Below, one piece after another: positions 1-9,918 of a stretch of 64,000 nt of DNA; within the stretch, counting starts at the first letter, position 1, and every line of letters begins with the position of its first letter. The stretch comes from Candidatus Latescibacterota bacterium (lineage in GTDB: Bacteria; Latescibacterota; UBA2968; UBA8231). The DNA is taken from NCBI GenBank assembly GCA_965197905.1, contig CBDAOB010000004.1, forward strand, positions 1,920,001 to 1,984,000. Direction: 5' to 3'. Under the pieces are notes generated by a model. The model saw nothing but the letters and a program-made list of their open reading frames with translations. It did not search any database and was not told the origin of the DNA. Position numbers and translations under genes: made by a program.

Positions 1-504
1 ATGGGCACGGGCAAGACGCGAATCGGCCGCGTACTTGCCACCCGCATGCAGCGGATGTTCCTCGACACCGATCGGCTCGTCGAGGAAAGTGCGGGGAAAA
101 CCATCTCCGAGATATTCGCCGCAGAGGGAGAGGACCACTTCCGTCAGCTCGAGTACGACTTCGTCAGCGAAGCTGCCGGGCGCGCCGACGCCGTCATCGC
201 GTTGGGTGGTGGCGCTATCGCCGACGAACGGAACTGGGAAGTGGTTAGGCGCGCCGGTATCGTGGTGGCGCTGGAAGCCAGCGTCGACACAATTTTGAAA
301 CGCGTCAGTCGGCGCAACGACCGCCCGCTTTTGGCCGGCCTCAGCCGCCAGGAGAAGCGGGCTCGAATCGCCGAGCTTCTAGCGGCACGAGCACCCTTCT
401 ACAACCGCGCCGATATTCGACTGAATACGCGCGACAAACAAACGCCCGAAGCTACAGCGAGCGAACTGGTACGACTCATGGAGCGCTGGTGTGAGGACCG
501 TTGA
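1..504 (+). CDS. aroK: Shikimate kinase (5' end probably outside the window)
   Basis: MGTGKT P-loop, DTD, FRQLE, LGGG and RPLL motifs; overlaps aroB. Confidence 0.95.
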   Translation: MGTGKTRIGRVLATRMQRMFLDTDRLVEESAGKTISEIFAAEGEDHFRQLEYDFVSEAAGRADAVIALGGGAIADERNWEVVRRAGIVVALEASVDTILKRVSRRNDRPLLAGLSRQEKRARIAELLAARAPFYNRADIRLNTRDKQTPEATASELVRLMERWCEDR

Positions 505-1585
505 GGTAAACCTGCGCACCGGTGGTTATCCCGTGCACGTGGGGCACAGAGTGCTGGCCGACGTTGGCGGCTACTGCGCGGAACTCGGCCTGGCTCACCG
601 CGTCGCCGTCATATCCGATGCCGAGGTGGAGACCTACCGCGACGCCGTTCTTGGCAGTCTGGAGCACAGCGGCTTTGCGCCCGTGCCGATCTCCTTGCGG
701 GGCGCCGACGGTGCCAAGAATCTCGACACCGTCGAAGCGGTGATCGGTCAGATGATCGAAGCCGAGCTGGACCGCGGAGCGTGGGTGGCCGCCGTCGGTG
801 GAGGTGTGGTGGGCGATTTGGCCGGGTTCGTTGCGGCGACCTTTCTGCGCGGAGTGAAGTTCGTACAGATCCCCACCACCATCGTCGCTCAAGTCGATGC
901 CAGCATCGGCGGCAAAACCGGCGTCAATCATCCGCTGGGCAAAAATACCATCGGCGCCTTCCATCAGCCCAGGATGGTATATATTGATACTGATGTCCTG
1001 CGTTCGCTGCCTCGTCGCGAGCTGGTCGCCGGCATGGCGGAAGTGGTGAAACACGCCGTTATTCGCGACGCTGAGCTCTTCGCATACCTCGAACAGAATC
1101 TAGAGTCACTGCTGGCCATGAAGATCGACCCGTCCGCCCTGGATGAACTCATCGCCCAGAACGTGCACATCAAGGTGGATGTGGTGCAGGAGGACGAACG
1201 CGAAGACGGTCTCCGCGCCATTCTCAACTACGGCCACACCATTGGTCACGCCATTGAGGCGAGCACGAATTACGAGACCTACCGCCACGGCGAAGCGGTG
1301 ATTCTCGGCATGATCGGCGCCGGCGAGATAGCGGTGCGAAAGGAGCTGTGGCCCGAATCCGAGCGCCGGCGTCAGGATGAGTTGCTGCGCCGGCTGGGCG
1401 TGCCTACCGGGCTCAACAAGATCTCGGCGGATCTGATTGTTGAACGGACCAAAGCGGACAAGAAGCGGGTCGAGGGCAGGCTCCGGTTCGTCCTCGGCCA
1501 GCGGATCGGTTCGGTCGAGATCGTCGACGGCATCGATGATCGCACGATCCGCGCCGGCGTCGAATACGTTCAGAGCACTTACTGA
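491..1585 (+). CDS. aroB: 3-dehydroquinate synthase
   Basis: GGGVVGDLAGFVAATFLRG, IPTT, DASIGGKTGVN, LNYGHTIGHAIE, HGEAV motifs. Confidence 0.97.
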   Translation: MRTVEVNLRTGGYPVHVGHRVLADVGGYCAELGLAHRVAVISDAEVETYRDAVLGSLEHSGFAPVPISLRGADGAKNLDTVEAVIGQMIEAELDRGAWVAAVGGGVVGDLAGFVAATFLRGVKFVQIPTTIVAQVDASIGGKTGVNHPLGKNTIGAFHQPRMVYIDTDVLRSLPRRELVAGMAEVVKHAVIRDAELFAYLEQNLESLLAMKIDPSALDELIAQNVHIKVDVVQEDEREDGLRAILNYGHTIGHAIEASTNYETYRHGEAVILGMIGAGEIAVRKELWPESERRRQDELLRRLGVPTGLNKISADLIVERTKADKKRVEGRLRFVLGQRIGSVEIVDGIDDRTIRAGVEYVQSTY

Positions 1586-1587
1586 TT

Positions 1588-2916
1588 ATGGACGATGCAC
1601 AAAAACCCGCCAAGGTGCATCTCGTCAGTCTGGGGTGTCCGAAGAACACAGTCGACTCCGAGCGCATGCTGGGGTTGATCGAGGCCAACTCCTTCGAGGT
1701 TACCGCAGATCCCCAAGAGGCGGACGTGGTTGTGGTAAACACCTGCGGTTTCATCGAAGCTGCCAAAGAGGAGTCGCTGGAGGCGGTGATGGCGGCACAC
1801 CGACTCAAGGAGGAGGGTCGCTGTAAAGGGGTGATCGTCACCGGTTGTCTAGCAGAGCGCTACCACGAAACCCTAAGCCAGGAGCTCATAGAAGCCGACC
1901 AGCTGCTGACCCTCGATCAGGAGTCGCAGATTGTGCCGTATCTGGATCGGCTGTTGGACAACGCCCGGTCGCGCCTGGTTGATGCTGCGCCGCGATCGCG
2001 GTTGACGCCGAAGCACTGGTCCTACTTGCGCATATCCGACGGCTGCGATCACCAGTGTGCGTTTTGCGCCATTCCTCTGATCAAGGGCCGGCACAAGAGC
2101 GAGCCACTGGAAAGCCTGCAGGCGGAAGCAGAGCGGCTGGCGGCCAGCGGCGTGCGTGAACTGGTGCTGGTTTCGCAGGATTCGGTGCGTTACGGCGCCG
2201 ATCTCTATGGCCGTTCGCGCCTGGTGGCGTTGATTGACAACCTCTCCCGGATCGATGGCATCGAGTGGATTCGGTTGATGTACGTCTATCCCGCTTTCTG
2301 GACCGACGAGATGATCGACCTGTTCGCCACCAACGAGAAGGTGTGTAGCTATATCGACATGCCGCTGCAGCACATCGCCGATTCCGTGTTGCAGCGCATG
2401 AAGAGGGCCACCACCAAGCGGCGCACCCTCGACCTGCTCGATCGGTTGCGCGAGCGCATGCCCAACGTCGGTTTGCGGTCCACATTCATCGTCGGGTTTC
2501 CCGGTGAGACCGACGAAGAGTTCGATGAGTTACTCCAGTTCGTCGAGCAGACGCGATTCGACCATCTCAGCGGATTCATCTTCTCACGCGAGGATGGAAC
2601 CACCTCCAGCGCCATGGAGAATCAGATATCTGAAGCGGTAAAAGAGGAGCGTTACAGCCGCTTGACCGAGCTCCAAGAACAGATCTCCTACGAGATCAAC
2701 AGCGAGTACATCGGCACCCGGCACTCGGTCCTGATCGATGAATACGACGACGACAACAACCTGTTTTGCGGACGTTTGGAGCGCGATGCACCCGAGATCG
2801 ACGGTCAGGTGATCCTCGAAGCAGGTACAGCCGAAGCGGGTCGTTTTGTCGAAGTGGAAATCACCGGGGCCCACGCCTTCGAACTGGAAGCGCGCGCTCA
2901 AGGGGTGCCCTGGTAG
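1588..2916 (+). CDS. rimO: Ribosomal protein S12 methylthiotransferase
   Basis: SLGCPKNTVDSE, VNTCGFI, radical SAM CDHQCAFC, DAPEIDG TRAM region. Confidence 0.95.
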   Translation: MDDAQKPAKVHLVSLGCPKNTVDSERMLGLIEANSFEVTADPQEADVVVVNTCGFIEAAKEESLEAVMAAHRLKEEGRCKGVIVTGCLAERYHETLSQELIEADQLLTLDQESQIVPYLDRLLDNARSRLVDAAPRSRLTPKHWSYLRISDGCDHQCAFCAIPLIKGRHKSEPLESLQAEAERLAASGVRELVLVSQDSVRYGADLYGRSRLVALIDNLSRIDGIEWIRLMYVYPAFWTDEMIDLFATNEKVCSYIDMPLQHIADSVLQRMKRATTKRRTLDLLDRLRERMPNVGLRSTFIVGFPGETDEEFDELLQFVEQTRFDHLSGFIFSREDGTTSSAMENQISEAVKEERYSRLTELQEQISYEINSEYIGTRHSVLIDEYDDDNNLFCGRLERDAPEIDGQVILEAGTAEAGRFVEVEITGAHAFELEARAQGVPW

Positions 2917-3252
2917 ATGGATCGCAAGCGCAACCGCGCTCTACGAGCGGATCTCTTGAATGATGACGGTGTGCTCGTCGTCGCGTGGAAGGGGGGCGGG
3001 GAAAGTCGGTATGCGCTGGCGGATCTGCGGCGAGCATGCCCCTGCGCCGTTTGTCGGGAGCTGCGGTCGAAACCACAAGCGACGGGGGAGTTGACTCTCC
3101 TTGAGGACGCGGCGGCTACAGCCACCGCCGAAGCTACCCGACTGGACCAGGTCGGCCGCTACGGCGTTCGCATCACATGGGCCGACGGACACGACACCGG
3201 CATCTACACCTACGACGCGCTACGAGATCTCGATTCGGAACGGAATTCCTGA
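2917..3252 (+). CDS. DUF971 / gamma-butyrobetaine hydroxylase-like N-terminal domain protein
   Basis: LRRACPCAVC and VGRYGVRITWADGHDTGIY motifs. Confidence 0.85.
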   Translation: MDRKRNRALRADLLNDDGVLVVAWKGGGESRYALADLRRACPCAVCRELRSKPQATGELTLLEDAAATATAEATRLDQVGRYGVRITWADGHDTGIYTYDALRDLDSERNS

Positions 3253-5339
3253 GAGCCGGGAAGATCCTGCTCGGGGCCCCGGTGCGGCGCCCGAGCCACC
3301 CACAACTCCACCAACAGCAACAAGACTGCAAGGCCGAGAAACTCGCGCCATAGTTCGCGCCCGTGGCGGAGGGCCATCACGGCGGGTTCGAGTTCTTGAC
3401 CGACATCGAGGAAATGCACCCGCGAGGCTCCGAAAATCTTGCCGACAATGTCGTGGTCGACCCCCTCGAGGCGCGACTCTCGGGTATCGACGTTTACCGG
3501 AAACTGGTCGACCCGCTCACCATGGTTTTCAAGCGTCCAAATCCCCGCCTTCTGCAGGTCGGGTATCGTCCAGTGCAAACGGTCCCCACTCTGTAGCGGC
3601 TCCAACAAGAAGCGCTTGCCGGCGGGCGACTCCGCCATCACCGAGGAAGTAATCGCCACTCCGGGTAAATGGCGCTGCGCCGTTTGACCCACCAGATAAG
3701 TCGAAGATGCGCCGCCCCGAACGCTCAACAAGCGTACCAGGCGATGCAACAGCGGCGCAAACATCCCCCTGACCGGAAGATCGTTCCAATTCAGCGACAA
3801 GGGGAAAGCCAAAAGCACCGTGCGCCCGCGTTCCTTCCAGGAGCTCACCATTGCCAACTGCCCCTCTTCGAAATGGATCAATGGGGTGAGCGGACCTCGA
3901 GGAACCAGTTCGAACGACGCCCCATACCGGGGGCGATCGGCGGGCAGATCGGGTAGCAGCTGGTGGACCAGCGGATCCGATCCTTCGGTGGTCAGGCGCT
4001 GGTAGCCAGTTTGATCCGTCGGGTCGCCTGTCACGCCGGTTATCGCCAACGGCATCAAACCGGGGAGCAAACGGCGATTGAAAAAACTGAGATCGGCTTG
4101 GGGACTGGGGAAAATGACCAATCCCCCGCCATCGGCCACGAACCTATGCAGCAGGGCGACGGTTTCTCGGTCCAGGTGCTCGAGATTGCACAACAAAAGA
4201 ACCTGGACGGACTCCAGGAGTGCGGCGTCGAGGTCCGAGAACAATCCGCTTTCGACGACAAGGGCAAGATCTTCGCTGGCGGCGGCCGCTAGTCCTCGGC
4301 GTGGATAGTAGGTGTCGTTCGGATTGCCGCCCAGAATAAGCACGCGAATTGAATCCGCCACGCTAAACGAAACGTAGCGCCGGTTGTCCAACGTCAATCG
4401 ATCGTCCTCCAGCTCCAGGTATCCTGCCAGGTCACCGGCGCGGGCAGGCACAAACGGAATCGAGGCCGAAATCGAACGACCGGCCGGCAGAGATGCCGTG
4501 CGGTGACCAACTCGCTGGCCGTCGACAAATAGGTCGAGGGAAGCGGCCTCCACCGATCTGGTCGAGCTGTTTCCCACCTCAAGACGGGCCTCGAGTTTCG
4601 TTCCCGGAACGGCCATCCAGCTGTTCACTTCCAGGCGCTCAATGTGGGGATTGGGGCGGGCTCCCGATGAAGGACTTACCACGAAAATCTTCGCTTCGGG
4701 CAACCACTGTTGGCGATTGGCCAGGTCCGCCCAGGCAGACGCGGTCATATCGGAAAAGAGATAGACCTCACCGCTAAACGGCTCCAGGGGGATCAGGATC
4801 TCGCCAGCGCGGGTCAGGGCACGGTCCAGATCGGTGGCTTCTTCGGAAGGGGTCAACTGCTCCAGCGCGGCCACAAATGCGGCCGCATCGGGTGCAGCCT
4901 CGCCTCCGTCTGCGGTCAACGCAAAAGGTACCAGGAAGAGCCGGTCCCGGGGATGAAAGAACGCGCCCAATTCCCGCGCCCGGGCGCGCAAAAGGTCGAA
5001 TATCCGACCTTCAGGCAAGCGGTAGGTGGTGCTGAAGGAGCGGTCAATCAGGGCGACGGCGGCGGTTGGTCTGGTATGTCCCAGCAGGCCTGATCCCCCG
5101 TCTAGATAAGCCGGACGCGCAAACGCACAGACGATGAGAAGGATGATCAGGGTGCGCAAAAGAAGCACCAGCCACTGCCGCAGCCGCACCCGCCGCATGC
5201 GGCTGTAGTGCAGCCGGCGGAGGAATTCCAGATTGCTAAACGGGACGGGTGGTGTGCGGCTGCGATTCAGCAGGTGAATCGCCAGCGGAAGAGCGGCGGC
5301 CACCAGGCCAACCAACACTGCCGGGCTGAGAAAGTGCAA
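3210..5339 (-). CDS. BatA (aerotolerance regulator N-terminal) plus VWA-like domain membrane protein
   Basis: N-terminal FLSP..L.GL.A..LPLAIHLL..VPFSNL.FL; DRSFS MIDAS-like motif; C-terminal ELWR..L TM helix; TTG start. Confidence 0.85.
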   Translation of the reverse strand: MHFLSPAVLVGLVAAALPLAIHLLNRSRTPPVPFSNLEFLRRLHYSRMRRVRLRQWLVLLLRTLIILLIVCAFARPAYLDGGSGLLGHTRPTAAVALIDRSFSTTYRLPEGRIFDLLRARARELGAFFHPRDRLFLVPFALTADGGEAAPDAAAFVAALEQLTPSEEATDLDRALTRAGEILIPLEPFSGEVYLFSDMTASAWADLANRQQWLPEAKIFVVSPSSGARPNPHIERLEVNSWMAVPGTKLEARLEVGNSSTRSVEAASLDLFVDGQRVGHRTASLPAGRSISASIPFVPARAGDLAGYLELEDDRLTLDNRRYVSFSVADSIRVLILGGNPNDTYYPRRGLAAAASEDLALVVESGLFSDLDAALLESVQVLLLCNLEHLDRETVALLHRFVADGGGLVIFPSPQADLSFFNRRLLPGLMPLAITGVTGDPTDQTGYQRLTTEGSDPLVHQLLPDLPADRPRYGASFELVPRGPLTPLIHFEEGQLAMVSSWKERGRTVLLAFPLSLNWNDLPVRGMFAPLLHRLVRLLSVRGGASSTYLVGQTAQRHLPGVAITSSVMAESPAGKRFLLEPLQSGDRLHWTIPDLQKAGIWTLENHGERVDQFPVNVDTRESRLEGVDHDIVGKIFGASRVHFLDVGQELEPAVMALRHGRELWREFLGLAVLLLLVELWVARAPHRGPEQDLPGSQEFRSESRSRSAS

Positions 5340-5354
5340 TACGGCTGGAGGGTC

Positions 5355-5828
5355 TTACCGAGTTGGGGGGGTGTTTTCCTCTGCGGATTCGATCACCGAC
5401 ACGATCTCCTCCTCCGTCGAGGCCGCTACCAAGCGCTTTTTGAAGTCGTCGTTTTTCAGGAGACGGGATATTCTAGCCAAGGCCTTGATGTGGGGTCCCG
5501 AAACGTTGGCTGGCGAAACCAGAAGGAAAAACACGTAGGCCGGCTCGCCGTCGAGGGCCTCGAAATCCACGCCGCGCCGTTGGGTCCCCAAAGCGGCAGC
5601 GAGCTTGATAACCGCCTCGGATTTGCCGTGAGGGATCGCGATGCCATCACCGATCCCCGTACTCATGATCTTCTCTCGCTCCAACACCGCCTCCAGCACC
5701 TTGTCCCGGTCGCTGATGACCTTTCCGACCTCGAGCGAACCCACCAGCTCGGTGATAATGTCCTCCTTGGTCTCGCCTTCAAGGCCGACAACCGTCGATT
5801 TTTCGGCCAAAATGTCAAGTAAACTCAT
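5355..5828 (-). CDS. PTS sugar transporter subunit IIA (Ntr/fructose type)
   Basis: REKIMSTGIGDGIAIPHGK with phospho-His; DFEALDGEP; HIKALARISRLL. Confidence 0.92.
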   Translation of the reverse strand: MSLLDILAEKSTVVGLEGETKEDIITELVGSLEVGKVISDRDKVLEAVLEREKIMSTGIGDGIAIPHGKSEAVIKLAAALGTQRRGVDFEALDGEPAYVFFLLVSPANVSGPHIKALARISRLLKNDDFKKRLVAASTEEEIVSVIESAEENTPPTR

Positions 5829-5858
5829 GCCCCGGACCTGCCGTATCGAGAGGTTTCA

Positions 5859-5887
5859 ATTATATCAATGCCAAAATCTTGAGTCAA
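5859..5887 (-). promoter_or_regulatory. Sigma70-like promoter for PTS IIA/BatA
   Basis: Minus strand TTGACT-N17-TATAAT with an extended TG. Confidence 0.7.
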
Positions 5888-5921
5888 TGGTCCCGAGGTT
5901 CCACAACCGCTCTTTCCGCCC

Positions 5922-5949
5922 TTGACCGCGACCCTTGTCAAGCTACATT
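5922..5949 (+). promoter_or_regulatory. Sigma70-like promoter overlapped by an inverted repeat
   Basis: TTGACC-N16-TACATT; CTTGAC-N10-GTCAAG at 5921-5942. Confidence 0.55.
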
Positions 5950-6073
5950 TCGTGCGGTCAATTACCGTACAGGATCCCGGCATTGCGGCGCGTAGTTCTG
6001 CGGCCTAAAGAGTTGCGGCAAACCTCCGATACAAGGGGTATAGGTACATGGGGTACTTGGATCGGAGATGTTT

Positions 6074-6265
6074 ATGCAATCGTCGAGTTTGTGGCCCGAA
6101 AGAATCCTTACGGACCGGAGCACGACCCTTTTCGAGGCAGTTTACGCCCGCGAGTTGGGGTTTGTGGAGTACGTTGAGCTGCTGGACGAGGTGCTGGACC
6201 CGGAAATGGCTTTTTTTCTGCGGAACTCCTACGCCGCATTGACCTATAACGAAGGCGGGGACTAA
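6074..6265 (+). CDS. Small acidic hypothetical protein (63 aa)
   Basis: GGAG 6 nt before ATG 6074; upstream promoter; protein-like helical composition. Confidence 0.5.
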   Translation: MQSSSLWPERILTDRSTTLFEAVYARELGFVEYVELLDEVLDPEMAFFLRNSYAALTYNEGGD

Positions 6266-6353
6266 CAGCCCGGGGCAAAGCGCGCGGGCCGAATTCTTGG
6301 AATTCACGCCCCGTCCCTCTGCGGTCGGTCCTTGCGGCCTATCTGCCGGAGCT

Positions 6354-7668
6354 TTGACCCACGGGGACTCGACGCAGCGCCTTCTTCATAGCGTATCACT
6401 ACCCTCCAATTCAGTCGACGGGCACGGAGCGCGCCGCGAAGTTTGTGCGTTACCTGCCTGAGTTCGGTTACCAACCGACCGTACTCACCACCTCTGCGTT
6501 CGGGAACGTTGCAGACGCGGGAGTAGTCGGAGCCTGGGAACCTCTCGGTCTCTACCGGCGGCTGCGCAACAAGGACGCTCGCGGGCGCCAGACGCCTTCC
6601 TATGTGCGCACCGAATCCGGGCGCCTGTACTCTCTCCTGCGGATTCTCCGTCAAAACATCTTCATTCCCGACGCTCAGATCACCTGGCTGCCTGCCGCAC
6701 TGTGGCGCGGGCTCAGGCACCTGAGGCGGGCGCCGGCCGATATCCTCTTCTCCACATTCCCACCTGCCAGCAGTCACCTACTGGCTTTGATGTTGAAACG
6801 CTGCCTGGGCATCCCATGGGTCGCAGATTTCCGCGACGCCTGGATCTTCGACCCCCTTGACCCCTCCCTCCTTGAGCGTCCCTTTCGGGGCCGAACCGAG
6901 AAACATTTGGAAGCGGCGGTCGTTCGCTCCGCCGACCTGGTGGTTGCGAGTACCGAGATCAGTGCCGACTACTTTCGCGAAACCTATCCCGAATGCGCGG
7001 ATGCCATTGTGGTGGTAACCAATGGATTCGACCCTGTCGACTTTCCGCCGGCGTCGCAGCGCGAAAGCGGCGGGCGGCTGCGCATCGTACACACCGGTTC
7101 ATTCGCTCTCAGCCACCCCGCGCGAAGTCCCCGGACCATCTTTGGCGCTCTCGAGGGCCTGCTGCAAACAGATCCCACCTGGGCTGACCGGCTGCAGCTG
7201 GACCTCTACGGCCCGTTGAACGAAACCGAAGAGCGCCTGGCGAAGCCGCTTTGCGAATCCGGCCTCTTGAGGCTCCACGGACCGTGCCCGCGTGAACGCG
7301 CCCTGCGCGCCCAGCAAGAAGCCGACCTGCTGCTCTTGGTAGATCATCCCCGGCCGGGTCCGGCATCGAACGTGCCAACCAAGCTATACGAATACCTGGG
7401 TGCCGGCCGTCCCATCCTGGCCATCTGCGACACCGGCATGGTGACCCGCCTGCTCGAGCAGACCGGCGCCGGCCACCAGGTAGCTCACGGCGACATCCCC
7501 GGGGTTGTGGCGGCACTGAACGAAACCTACCATCGCCGCGTCCATCGCCCCCCAACTCCTCCCGCGGCGCTCCGCCCATATCACCGGCGAGTTCTCGCCC
7601 GGCGGCTCGCCACCCACTTTGACCGGGTCCTTGCTCGTCACGCAGACCAGCTCCCAATGACCCGATGA
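6354..7668 (+). CDS. GT4 glycosyltransferase; N-terminus frameshifted or non-canonical start
   Basis: IAYHYPP...ERAAKFVRYLPEFG, WVADFRD and PTKLYEYL motifs; the conserved N-terminus lies upstream of GTG 6445 with an in-frame TGA at 6355. Confidence 0.8.
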
Positions 7669-8942
7669 TATCGCCCGCTGCGGGCCGGTTTCCCTTTGTC
7701 TGGATGATCTTTATCGGGGCGTTAGTGGTCCGGCTGCTACACCTGTATTTGGGCGACGCCGTGCCGCCACAGGACACCTCAGATTACGATGAGATCGCCG
7801 CCAACCTGATCAGCGGGGATGGGTTTGTGTCGCGGGGAAACTGGTTCGGCTACGACATGCGCTCATGGAGAGCGCCGTTCTACCCGATCTTTCTGGCCGT
7901 GGTTTACGGGCTCTTCGGTCACAGCCATCTCGCCGTCCAACTCCTCCAGTGTGGGGTGGGGGCGGCGACTGCCGTTTTGGTGTATCGCTGCGCCAGCTTG
8001 ATCCGCCCGGCCACGGCAGGGGGGGTGGGGTTGTTGAGCATCGCCTACGGCCCCTTGGTCGGGGTGTCGAGTGAGGTGATGACCGAAACCTGGTTCGTGT
8101 TCTGGGTCGTTCTCGCCGTCTACCTTCTGCTCCAGGTGCTGCTTGTCGAGGGGTCGAATAGGTGGCTCTCGTGGGCGGCGGGGGCCGCGGTCGGAATGTC
8201 CGCTTTGACCCGCCCAGAGGGGATCATGATCTGGGCGGCCTTCGGAATTACCGCGATCTGGCAGCTAAGACATCGGGGGGCCGTATTGGCCTCGTGGACA
8301 GGGGTTGCCCTGGTTTTGGCCGTGTTGCCCTGGTCCATCCGCAACTATGTCATACACGAGTCTTTTGTGCCCATCACCACCCACGGCGGGTTTATCCTTG
8401 CGCGCAGCCACGCTCCGACTCCGGGCTGGAAGCAAGAAAATGGGTGGGGTATCGAGAAGCGGGTCTTTGACCAGATACCGTCGGAGGCGGAGCGGGACCG
8501 CTACTGGAGGGTGCAAGGATGGACCCATATCCGTTCCCACCCCGGGAGGTATCTACGTCATTCGGCGGAGCGCTTCCTGCGCTTCTGGTATTTCTTTCGA
8601 CCCGGCTACAACCTTTGGTTCATGATCGTATTGCCCCTCTTTCTGGCCGGTGCGATCAGGCTGGGCGGGCGTCCCGAATTCCGGCTGATCGGCGTTTACA
8701 TACTTCTATCCGTATTTCTTTACACCTTTATTTTGTACGGATCGACCCGGTTCCGGCTGCCGTTAGAGCCTTTCTTCCTGGTGTTTGCCGGCGCCTATGT
8801 ATCGCAGTTGGCGCAGCGAACTCGCAAAGGCGCGTCTCTATTGGTCGTCGCCATCGTTGCCATAAATATCCTATTTTATGCGATCCAGGATCCGCTGCGC
8901 AGCGCCGTCCTTTCGGTTCTTTCCGCAGGGAATCTGAAGTGA
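7665..8942 (+). CDS. GT-C fold (ArnT/PMT-like) membrane glycosyltransferase
   Basis: D...YDEIA, RAPFYPIFLA, MTE, LTRPE, PWSIRNY, RFRLPLEP; many TM segments. Confidence 0.8.
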   Translation: MISPAAGRFPFVWMIFIGALVVRLLHLYLGDAVPPQDTSDYDEIAANLISGDGFVSRGNWFGYDMRSWRAPFYPIFLAVVYGLFGHSHLAVQLLQCGVGAATAVLVYRCASLIRPATAGGVGLLSIAYGPLVGVSSEVMTETWFVFWVVLAVYLLLQVLLVEGSNRWLSWAAGAAVGMSALTRPEGIMIWAAFGITAIWQLRHRGAVLASWTGVALVLAVLPWSIRNYVIHESFVPITTHGGFILARSHAPTPGWKQENGWGIEKRVFDQIPSEAERDRYWRVQGWTHIRSHPGRYLRHSAERFLRFWYFFRPGYNLWFMIVLPLFLAGAIRLGGRPEFRLIGVYILLSVFLYTFILYGSTRFRLPLEPFFLVFAGAYVSQLAQRTRKGASLLVVAIVAINILFYAIQDPLRSAVLSVLSAGNLK

Positions 8943-9913
8943 CCAACGAAGCTCGACCGCCACTCTCCATCTGCATCTTGAGTTGGAATACGAGCGACCT
9001 GCTGCGCGCCTGCCTGCAGTCCATTTACGCGGACCCGCAATCCGGTGAGTGGGAAGTGGTGGTGGTAGACAACAACTCCGGCGATCAAAGCCCCGCCATG
9101 GTGACCTCCGGTTTTCCCCAGGTGCGGCTGGTGCTCAATCCGTCGAACCTTGGTTTTGCCGCGGGAAACAATCGCGCCATGGAGGCAGCGCGGGGGGACC
9201 ACCTCCTCTTGCTCAATTCAGACACCCGTGTGGAACCCGGAGCGCTGGGTCGCATGGCGGACTTTTTGAGCGCCAACCCCGAGGTGGGCGCCGTCGGGCC
9301 CAAGCTCCTGTCCGAAGATGGATCGCTGCAGCTTTCGTGCGGCATAAGACCCAGTCTCCTCAGTGAGTTTGTCAACAAAATGCTGTTGCATAACTTGTTT
9401 CCCTTCTATAAATTAGGCCGCTGGCACCACCGTGAGACCCGCGATGTGGACTGGGTGATGGGCGCCTGTTTGCTGGTGCGCCGGCAGGTCGTGGAGGAGG
9501 TCGGCGGGCTCGATCCGGCCATTTTCATGTATCACGAGGATCTCGACTGGTGCCTGCGGATCCGCGACTCCGGTTGGCGGATCTCCTACTTTCCCTTCAG
9601 CAGCATCCACCACCTACGCGGTGGGAGCACTCGGCAGAACCTCAGGAACATGCTCGTCGTCAGTCAACGGAGTCTCTACTTCCTGTTTGCCAAACATTTC
9701 GGCAAGGGCCATGTGTTCATTCTAAGGTTTCTCACGCTGATCGAAATGGCGCTGCGCGCAACGGTCTGGATGCTGTGCTCGATCCTGTCCCACCGACGTC
9801 GGCAAGAGGGTCATCAGCGTTTGCACGCCTATCGCGAGATATTCTGGAGAAGCCTGTTCGATCGGGGATATTGGTTGCCAACGGGTGACACGACGGAATC
9901 TCAGGCGAGCTGA
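8939..9913 (+). CDS. GT2 glycosyltransferase (WbbL-like)
   Basis: VVVVDNNSGD, NLGFAAGNN, LLLNSD, FMYHEDLDWC; GTG start overlaps the upstream stop. Confidence 0.9.
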   Translation: MTNEARPPLSICILSWNTSDLLRACLQSIYADPQSGEWEVVVVDNNSGDQSPAMVTSGFPQVRLVLNPSNLGFAAGNNRAMEAARGDHLLLLNSDTRVEPGALGRMADFLSANPEVGAVGPKLLSEDGSLQLSCGIRPSLLSEFVNKMLLHNLFPFYKLGRWHHRETRDVDWVMGACLLVRRQVVEEVGGLDPAIFMYHEDLDWCLRIRDSGWRISYFPFSSIHHLRGGSTRQNLRNMLVVSQRSLYFLFAKHFGKGHVFILRFLTLIEMALRATVWMLCSILSHRRRQEGHQRLHAYREIFWRSLFDRGYWLPTGDTTESQAS

Positions 9914-9918
9914 TCTCT

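Noticed and set aside
5965..6030. Resemblance to a c-di-GMP-I riboswitch (GGCGC...CGGCCTAAA, GGCAAACC)
   Set aside because: No GAAA-tetraloop P2 stem and the elements are in the wrong order; needs an Infernal scan.
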